Shown: positions 9,816 to 17,260 of the stretch, in pieces
How positions within the stretch are numbered: position 1 is the first letter of the stretch
Layout of the letters: the number at the start of each line of letters is the position of its first letter
Source: Geosiphon pyriformis uo1
Lineage: Eukaryota; Fungi; Glomeromycota
Direction of reading: 5' to 3'
NCBI GenBank assembly: GCA_016748015.1
Contig: JAAOMT010000450.1
Location: 56,108 to 73,367, forward strand
Length of the DNA stretch: 17,260 bases
Notes under the pieces: model-generated
Told to the model about the DNA's origin: nothing
Seen by the model: only the letters and a program-made list of their open reading frames with translations
The model's database searches: none
Program-made: the position numbers and the translations under genes

Positions 9816-10140
9816 AGTAATTCTAATAATTTTGTTTTTCAATTTTTATTAATTATAATTAAAGCCCCACTAATTTAAAAATTTTGTGTGATTTTTAATC
9901 AATTGGAAAACCAAATATACAATACTTTTATAAAAACTGCTTTTGGAAATTGATCATATAAATCTCTTTTTTGACCACTTATAATCAATGCTTGGAAAGT
10001 AATTCTAATAATTTTGTTTGTTATTCTTTTGTTAATTACAATTTATGCTTTACTAACTTTAAAATCTTATGTAATTTTTAATCAATTAGAAAACCAAATA
10101 TACATTACTTCTATGAGAATTGTCTTTAAGAATTTACTAC
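9798..10140. repeat. Two-copy direct repeat, period 182 bp
   Basis: GTAATTCTAATAATTTTGTTT at 9817 and 9999. ATTTTTAATCAATTRGAAAACCAAATATACA occurs in both copies. Each copy starts with the TATRRYCARTGCTYGRAAA motif also found at the array junctions. Confidence 0.88.
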
Positions 10141-10312
10141 AAGTACTAAATAGAAGTTTTTATTTTTCTGATACAAACTGTTAAATTATGAGGAAGTATT
10201 AGACCCACTATTATTAAAAGTACAATTATAATAGAAACCAAAATATTGTTTGTCATATATGAGTTAAAATATGTATAGGTTTTTTTAATTAATTATTAAT
10301 TTATTTTATTAA

Positions 10313-11734
10313 CTAATTTAAACTGTTAAGTGCTTTATTAATTAATCAAGTAGCTGTAATCTATAAAAAATTTTCAATATAAATTGAATAAATACTAATA
10401 ATAATGCTAATTGATAAGTTTCTTATTGATTATTATAAAATTTCGAAAATCTTATATTTTGATGATATATCTGTTTAAACTCTTGTCAAATTGCACTTTA
10501 TTGATAGTATTTACAGATTATTAACATAATTTAAATACATTTGCAAGAATCTTACCTAAAACTCTATATAAAGATTTTTAATATTATTATCTTGTATTAG
10601 GTAGTTATTAAAAGTCTGTAAACATTCAGCTATTATAATTAAATATTAATTCAAAGTCTCTTCAATTGTATAATATAAAGCAACTAGATAATTAAATTCA
10701 AAAAAAAGCCAAAAATATTTTTTTTGGATATTAACTTAGAAATAAGTTTAAATTATTACTTTAATGCAGTCAAAACAGATTCACTCCAGCTGATTTTCAT
10801 AAATTATGTAATAATAAAGAAGTAATAGTAAGCAGAATTAAAGTAAAAAGAACTGGCCAACTTATTGGCAGATATAATCTACAATTGTAAGACTTTAGAG
10901 ATATTTGGTTGAATAGAAAAAGAAGTTTTTCTTAGAGATGGCAAAGCTAAAAATGTTAAACTTAGCAATTTTGTTAGTAAAAATAGATCTTATAATAAAC
11001 AAGACTGTAAACTCTCTTTTGGAGAAATATTTTATTGTCTGGCAGATTTTAAAATTCTTTCAAAGTGCTGTTGTTTAGGAAAACAGATTATAAGCCTGTC
11101 ATATTGCTTGGTTCAGGATATCAGGAGGTGAATTTTTTTGCCAAGAAGTATAAATTTTTTATATCAAAAATAGATAAATTTAATTTTATTTAATTCAATC
11201 ATTTTCAAGAAGTAATATTTTATTCTAGAAATTTTTATTGGCAGAATATTCTATAGTCTACTTTATGCCAAATAATAAAGTTATAATATATAATTGTTTC
11301 ACTTTGCTAATTAAAATAAAAAATATTAAATAATGTTTGGTTTTTTACAGACAGGGAAATAAAAATACATCAAAATCAATATTCAATAAGATAACTTTGA
11401 ATAAAAAAATGTTTTCTATGCAGTATTTTTTAAAATAGAGTTTTTTTTTCTAATAAGCTCGAAATACCTAATTTTGTTTTATTATTTTTATTGAAAATTA
11501 AATTTCCTAATATTCCAAAAAATGCAATTAAAAAATTTTTATAACTATTTGTTTTCTCAAAACTTCAATTTGCATTTCAAAAAATAAATTTTGTAATTCA
11601 AATTTAACTGGTAAATATTCTCAAAACTTGAAGGTTATTGAAAATATTGTTAATTAAAACAATTTATTTGCAGATTGGTTTTCTAAATCTGTTTATAAGT
11701 TTGGTCAGGTTAATGTTGCTGCTCTATATATCAT
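10313..11734 (-). pseudogene. Ghost ORF D (474 codons), acidic Trp/Gln-rich protein with a CxxC motif, unknown family
   Basis: ATG 11734-11732 overlaps the TAA of ORF C. A single frame runs to TAG 10315-10313: MIYRAATLT*PNL*TDLENQSANKLF*...EYLPVKFELQNLFFEMQIEVLRKQIV...IYTSWQKNSPPDILNQAI*QAYNLF...YENQLE*ICFDCIKVII...YFWLFFEFNYLVALYYTIEETLN*YLIIIAECLQTF. Residual G is visibly common at codon position 1. Roughly 30 internal stops, each consistent with transitions from Gln/Trp/Arg codons. The 3' end is approximate. Confidence 0.62.
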
Positions 11735-13002
11735 TAATCTTGTTCAAGATTAGGTTATGGCCCACAGGGATCTGATCTGACAAAGTGTAAAAAAAAGGGT
11801 CTAATTAATGGTGCTGGTTTTGTAATTTCTGATATTAGAGATTCGGCTTTTTTGCTTAATGATATAGCAATTCATAAGATTGGTTTTGTCAAAGAAATTA
11901 ATCTGAATTTTGTTTTGTTAAAAGCTTGTTCTTAATCTCAGATTTGTGTTGGTCTCCGGGATATGGCTGGCTTGGGTAGCTTATCACATGTAATTAAGCA
12001 TGAGTCTTCATTATTACATAATACTAAAAAATATATTATAAAATTTGAATTTTTTATTAAAAAGTTAGCATAATATTAACCAAATTTAAATTAATAACAA
12101 AAAATAATTTAAATTTTAAAAATATAATATTTAATATTTAAAATAACAAAATAATGTATTATGTTAAAATTATAAACAAAAATTATTTAATAAACATAGT
12201 AAACTTATATTATATTTCAAAAAATATTTATTTAAATAAAGTTTGTAATCTTTATTGAAAAATATGTTTTATTCAAACTGTTAGAAAAGGCATCAAGGAT
12301 TTATTACTACATTTTTTCTAGTTAAATATATAATTTATGTATTTTATATTACATAAAAAAATTTATTGTTTATTTGGAAAAAATACTTGGATTCTCAAAT
12401 TTCTACTGTAAAATATGAGAATTAATTAGATAAAAAAAGTAGTGACAAATCTTTTTGGGATTCTTTGCAAATAAATTATATTAATTTTATTTATATTAAT
12501 ATCTTATTAGTCATAGTTTATATATAATAAGAAATGTAAATTAATAAGTATTTATTAATATTTTATAAAGATCAGTTTTTAAAAATGAAAATAAACAGTT
12601 TTAAATTTAAATTTCTCTATATATTTTTTACTCTATTTGTTGAAAAGTAATTTTTTAACGATGTTGAAGATAAACATAATTTTACTTATCATTACAAAAG
12701 AATAAAATTGAACTATATTCAAATATTTTCAGCTAAAATGGGCTAATACTGAAAACTTATTTTTATGTTCTGGTTAATATAGCCAAAAATTAATAATAAT
12801 TTTATTTGAAATATTTTTATTCCAGAGAGATAGAAAAAACCAGAGAAATATTAATTAAAAGATTTAATTATTAAAAAAAATGTCAAAATTTACTAATAAT
12901 TATTTGTTTTAGAAAGATAATTAACTTGAATTTCTTAGCACCTATGCATTGTAGTTATAATTTTTCTCTACTTGTAATATTTAAAATTAGAATAAAATCC
13001 AA
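11734..13002 (-). pseudogene. Ghost ORF C (>=423 codons, 5'-truncated), unknown family
   Basis: Single frame: ...LQCIGAKKFKLIIFLKQII...EYSSILFFCNDK*NYVYLQHR*KITFQQIE*KIYREI...ILDAFSNSLNKTYFS...LCNNEDSCLITCDKLPKPAISRRPTQI*D*EQAF...AESLISEITKPAPLIRPFFLHFVRSDPCGP*PNLEQD*. It ends at TAA 11736-11734. Confidence 0.52.
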
Positions 13003-13003
13003 C

Positions 13004-13030
13004 TGTCACGATCGAAAAAGTCATAACCTC
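13004..13030 (+). mobile_element. Possible LTR 5' terminus (TGTCACG...) cutting off ghost ORF C
   Basis: TGTCACGATCG, with two CpGs in otherwise CpG-poor DNA, sits where ORF C stops reading as protein. No matching 3' ..CA end with a TSD could be established. Confidence 0.25.
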
Positions 13031-13266
13031 TATTATTTGAGACTTCCTAAATAAAAATATAAATAAAACTTGGTTCCCTTTCAATTTTTTAAAATAAGAT
13101 CTAATAAATTATGACATAAGTTTTTAAACATTGTAATTAATTAAAAATTATACAGTTATTTTGTTTTATTTCTAAGTTAATTAGAAAGCTATAATATTAT
13201 TTTATTTTTAAACTTTGCTTAGTCTGATTTAGAGAAAAGATCTAGTATATGTTAAAAAAAATAAAA

Positions 13267-13299
13267 CTCTTGATTACCTGACCAGTAAGCAATCAAAGG
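13267..13299. other. Decayed 13-bp inverted repeat (hairpin)
   Basis: CTCTTGATTACCT-gaccagt-AAGCAATCAAAGG. The arms are complementary apart from transition differences. Confidence 0.5.
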
Positions 13300-13989
13300 C
13301 ATTTTTATCAAATGTAATGGAGTTGAGAAAAGAAATTAGAATCTTTAAGGTTAACTTGATTATTTAAAAAAATTATTCTATCTTGTTAATTATTTAAGCT
13401 TTTTAAAAAGTTAGATAAATATCACAATAGAAGAAAATAAAAAATAATTAAAAACAAAATTGATAGCAATTATTTTTTTCAAGCAATTGTTTTTTCGAAA
13501 AAGTATTAATAATTTATTTGTGTTATATCAAAATCCAGTTTTTTAATTGGTTATTACAATTAGAGTTCAATATTATAAATCAATTTATAATGATAATTTA
13601 TTATAGTAACAAAATTTTAATATTTTAGAATATTATAAATTAAAATATATTAGTTATAAAAATTTTTATTACTTATAATAATATTTATTAATATTTATAT
13701 AGATTAAAATTTGTTTATAATAGTTTATATATATAATATTATTGAAAAATTAATTAAAAATAAAAGTAGAGTTATTGTAATACATACATAAATTCTCTAT
13801 ATTAATATTAATTTAATGTGTTTTTTTATTAAAAAATAAAATAAAAACAAATCAAAAAATAAATTTAATTGTATACTTTCAATATTTGGCTTACATTTAA
13901 ATATAAATATGTATAAATAATGTTTCAAAAGAATAAGGTTTTCAAAACGTGTTTGTGCATAAATAAAATTGATAAGCAAATGCTTTATA

Positions 13990-15060
13990 TTTAGTAACTT
14001 TTATTCAAAAAGCTTCTCTTAAAAGAGATTTAAAGATGAAAGTATATATATGCTAATATATTATATTTTAAAAAACCGATTTCTTCCTCAATTTTTGATT
14101 TTCATATTTTCAATAAAAGTCTTTAAATTAAAAGTTTTTTGAATATAATAAATAAAAAACTTATCATTTGTAAAAAATTCAGGTTTTGAGATTATTGAAT
14201 TTTATATCTTGTCATATCATAATATGCTAGCATCTTGTATCTTTTTTTTTTCATAAACAGATTTGTTTACTTTGCATTTGCTAATTTTTTTGAGATATAT
14301 ACTTTTCTATTACAAAATGCTTTCCATTAATCACATCTAAAATAGTTTTCTGGCAAATGATAACAAAATCATAAATATCTCTATTTTTAGTATAAGGGTC
14401 TTATTACAAATCTTGGGTGCTAGATATTCAATAACTCTATAAATTTTGGCTGACTGTAAATAATAATTTACCAAATACAACTTTTAAAGATTATTTATAA
14501 TAATTAAGAATTCCATGTTGTGCCTAATTTTTTTGACTAATTTATGTAAATAGACTGGCAGTAAGTTTGTTTAAGTAGATTAAATCAAGTGAATTAAATC
14601 AATTACTTATCTAAAAATATAAATATTTACCAACATTCGAACTTTCTATTATATGATTTGAAGTGGAAATTTATTTAAAATAATGCACTCAATTTTATTC
14701 AAGTCTTTAAATTAGATAGTATATTATTTGTTCTTTGTCATTTGTTGTCTATTGCCAAATCCTTATTTTTTTTAGTATCTAATATTAAAACTAAACTGAA
14801 AATGTAATCTTGATTAAGATATGATAATGATAAACACTAAACTTGTTTTGAAATTTTTTGAATGTTTAGAAGCTGTGTTTTAAGTAAACAGTTATGTTTC
14901 CAGATTCTGTGTTACAACAGAGAGTATGTATATTTACTATGTCTGGTGATTTTCTATTTTTTTTACATTATTCAGTAGTATATTAATTTTTTTTTGGATA
15001 TAAGATATGAATATCATGTTTTTAATGACTAATTCATTTGTGACAATTTATATTGTTTTC
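13990..15060 (-). pseudogene. Protein kinase pseudogene (Glomeromycota-type TKL kinase-like), frameshifted and internally deleted
   Basis: Motif remnants occur in the expected order: C..CN/ESGN...KTQL (ESGN at 14907-14896; cf. TSGN..ID.FI..TQL); IYRVIEYLAPKI at 14444-14409 (IYGVIxYxAPEI after reversing two G>A changes); PYTKNRDIYDFVII at 14397-14356 (cf. PYTKxxDIYxFGxI); LDVINGKHFVIE (cf. NGxRPxI); and HL*ISFKRSFLN near 14038 (cf. HPQxxYxSRLLN). HRD/DFG are not found. Confidence 0.68.
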
Positions 15061-15627
15061 TTAAAAAAGAAAAGTTAAATTAAAGTTATAATAAATCTCA
15101 CAGTTTTAAGAGAAATGTGAATTTGATTTCTATGCTGATTGTATTTAACCATTTTAGGATAACAGAGTCAAAAAAAATGAGTTATGAAAATCTGCTTAAT
15201 ATTAGATTAGTTATAAGGATCTGCATAATAATATAAAAAATTTTCAAAAAGTACCAAGATTTCAAAAAGTAACACTTTGTTTTTAATTACTACATATTAG
15301 TTAATCTAACTCTTGTATTTTTGTTTTTTTGTTTTCGTATTTTTGTGTGAAAAACAAACATTTAATTTTTGATCTTAAAATCAACAACTTAGAAACAGTA
15401 ATATATATAAAAAGGTGTTCTCTGTCTTTAAGCAAAATTTTATCCTATATGAGGTTACTCTTATTTTTATTGACAACAAATTACCAGCATCCACCAACTA
15501 ACAAACCTAATAGCTATAATTAATATGACTAACAACTTATTATTTATGATTTACGTATTCAAAAAACACTAAAAAAATTTAAAAGGTTCATTCTCATCTT
15601 TAGTTATACTGATAAAAGTAGCAGGTC

Positions 15628-15850
15628 TCAAAGATTAAAAGCCTCTAGTTGATGAAACAATTCAGGTAAAGATGTTGACATATCTTTTTTGGTTTTACGT
15701 ATTAAGTAAGAGAGGAAGACATCCTTTACCAGAAAAAACCCCAACCTTAACTGAAAAAACTCAATCAAGCATGAAGTTTCCAACTCTTTTATATTGCTAA
15801 ATATGGTGTTCTCTAACCACTGTGTATGCACTTATTCTGCTGAATGTCTG
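15628..15850 (-). pseudogene. Coding-like fragment (includes listed 67-aa ORF), unknown product
   Basis: Open frame HTQWLENTIFSNIKELETSCLIEFFQLRLG...STSLPELFHQLEAFNL without an ATG start. Same strand as, and upstream of, the kinase remnant; any link is unproven. Confidence 0.2.
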
Positions 15851-16025
15851 TTTTTATTTATAGTCTATAACATGAATTGTTATACTTCTGTATATGTATC
15901 TATTTTGCCAAATGTCTGCTTTCACTTATTGTCAATGACATAAATTGTTATTTAACCTCTGTGCTTGCCATATTCTAGCTAAATGTTTGTTTCCACTTGT
16001 GGTTATTAATGTGCATCATGAGTTA
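15820..16025. repeat. Degenerate three-copy tandem repeat, 68-71 bp
   Basis: AATGTYTG anchors at 15843, 15911 and 15982. Units share CTGTRYATG...TATTYTGC..AATGTCTG.TTTCACTT. Confidence 0.7.
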
Positions 16026-16088
16026 AACTATTTCTATCTACTATCTAGTGAAACCACAGTCAACAGAATGGACTTGGCATTGACGGAT

Positions 16089-16529
16089 AACTACTGCCCA
16101 CCAATAATTCATGAATTCAAAATTCAAATAACCACTACCCACTAATAATTTACAACTCAACATTTGAATAACCACCACTCAACAAAAATGCATGAATTCA
16201 ACATTCAAATAACCATTATCTACCAATAATTTGTGATTCAACATTTGAACATAATCACCTACCAATATTTTACAACTTAACATTCAAATAACCACTGGCC
16301 ATTAAAAATGTGCAAATTTAACATTAAAATATAATCACTACTCACCAATAATTCAACTCAATATTTGATAACCATCATCCATCAAAAATGCGTGAATTCA
16401 ACATTTGAATAACAATTACCCACCAATAATTCACAACTCAACATTTGAATAACTATCATCTACCAATAATTTGTATCTCAACATTCGAATTACCATGCTC
16501 ACCAGTAATTCACAATTCAACATTCGAAT
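16089..16529. repeat. Minisatellite, ~11 units of ~40-41 bp
   Basis: Units approximate AACCACYRCCCACCAATAATTCRYRAYTCAACATTYRAAT. A variant with AAAAATG recurs in units 3, 6 and 8. Differences are mainly transitions. Confidence 0.92.
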
Positions 16530-17260
16530 AGCCAATGAATATGAAATAAAAATTCATGAACAATTGATCATCAAATAACTAAATTAAATTTTAGGATTAG
16601 GTGGTGAAGTATTGATAATTTTTAGTCTGTTATTTATGCTTTGCAAAAATAAAGAGTGGGAGAGGGGTAGTTTAAGATTTCTTACAAGAGTGAAAAGTAG
16701 GAGGAGGTAGCCACATTTGTCAATTATCTTTTCTATATCTATCTAGTCTATAGAAAAATTGTTCACTCGTTGCCAATTTTGATGTTATTTACTGTTTATT
16801 GTTAAGCCTATTGAAATTTAATTCAGAAATTTGAAATGATCAATATAAAATATTTAAGAAACCTAATGTATAATATACTATTGTTATTAATATATGTATT
16901 TTTAAATGATAATAGTTCAGTAATAACTTTAAAAATTGCTAATATTGGCTTAAGTCCAAGCAATAATAACTTTATTTTTAAACCACTGGTTAAATATCCT
17001 TGAAACTTTTTTTATGCAATTTCAGATTTAAATATTAAAATTTAGGCAATATTGAGCATATTTAATATACTTTTTCACTGTGTATATCGAAAACCCTCTG
17101 CTCTTGCTATCGAAATGTATTAATTTGATCAACTATGAATGAAAAATTTAGCGTTTTCAAAAAAAAACAATGAGTAAAAGTACTTGCTAAAAATCATGTT
17201 CAGTCTGGTCATTCAATACATTTTTATCGTAAATATGTGAAAATCTTGATTTATTACTTG

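Larger units (their letters stand above)
5341..13003. mobile_element. Hypermutated multi-ORF element of unknown class (virus-like or large transposon/retroelement accessory region) with a central tandem array
   Basis: Four intron-less ghost ORFs in two convergent TAATG-coupled pairs flank a repeat block. About ten CpGs in ~7.7 kb. No termini or transposase/polymerase gene seen. Both outer ends abut CpG-containing sequence of different character. Confidence 0.45.

Noticed and set aside
10146-10256. Intact 36-aa hydrophobic ORF on the minus strand (MTNNILVSIIIVLLIIVGLILPHNLTVCIRKIKTSI)
   Set aside because: Ile/Leu-rich short ORFs arise easily in hypermutated AT-rich DNA, and an overlapping frame reads equally plausibly.
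11480-12073. Plus-strand protein-like reading (…ADWFSKSVYKFG…GLINGAGFVISDIRDS…)
   Set aside because: Probably the shadow of minus-strand ORFs C/D (shared third positions). The minus frames extend for kilobases on both sides, and the plus reading does not obviously do so.
5341-13003. Live genes using an alternative genetic code (TAA/TAG=Gln, TGA=Trp)
   Set aside because: The adjacent repeats show massive C>T/G>A change, the translations are skewed to K/N/I/F, and conserved kinase residues elsewhere are mutated the same way. Decay explains the stops better than recoding.
13242-13299. Helitron 3' end (hairpin plus CTAG)
   Set aside because: On the minus strand the CTAG is ~21 nt from the hairpin and is followed by A rather than T.
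13797-16145. Listed ORFs 13797-13979, 15329-15523 and 15945-16145
   Set aside because: Short, low-complexity or overlapping tandem repeats, with non-ATG starts and no motifs.
16089-16529. CRISPR-like array
   Set aside because: Contiguous degenerate tandem units with no unique spacers.

Overview
Very AT-rich eukaryotic DNA with no intact long ORF. Remnants of a tyrosine-kinase-like (TKL) kinase gene point to a Glomeromycota (arbuscular mycorrhizal fungus) genome, which is an inference. Well supported: a 740-bp CpG-rich non-autonomous hAT transposon (2780-3519) carrying the transposase C-terminal dimerisation motif; a 12-unit 139/129-bp tandem array with a trimeric higher-order pattern (8181-9815); a 182-bp duplication that shares the array's junction motif; a decayed kinase gene on the minus strand (~13990-15060); and two shorter arrays (68-71 bp x3, ~40 bp x11). 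Main candidate discovery: 5341-13003 appears to be one gene-dense, intron-less element riddled with C>T/G>A transitions. It reads as four 'ghost' ORFs in two convergent pairs (A 5341-7800 and B 7800-8198 on +; C 13002-11734 and D 11734-10313 on -). Each pair is joined by an exact TAATG stop/start overlap, and both pairs run towards the central array. This virus-like layout was read by hand, the proteins are not recognisable, and it needs computational confirmation.
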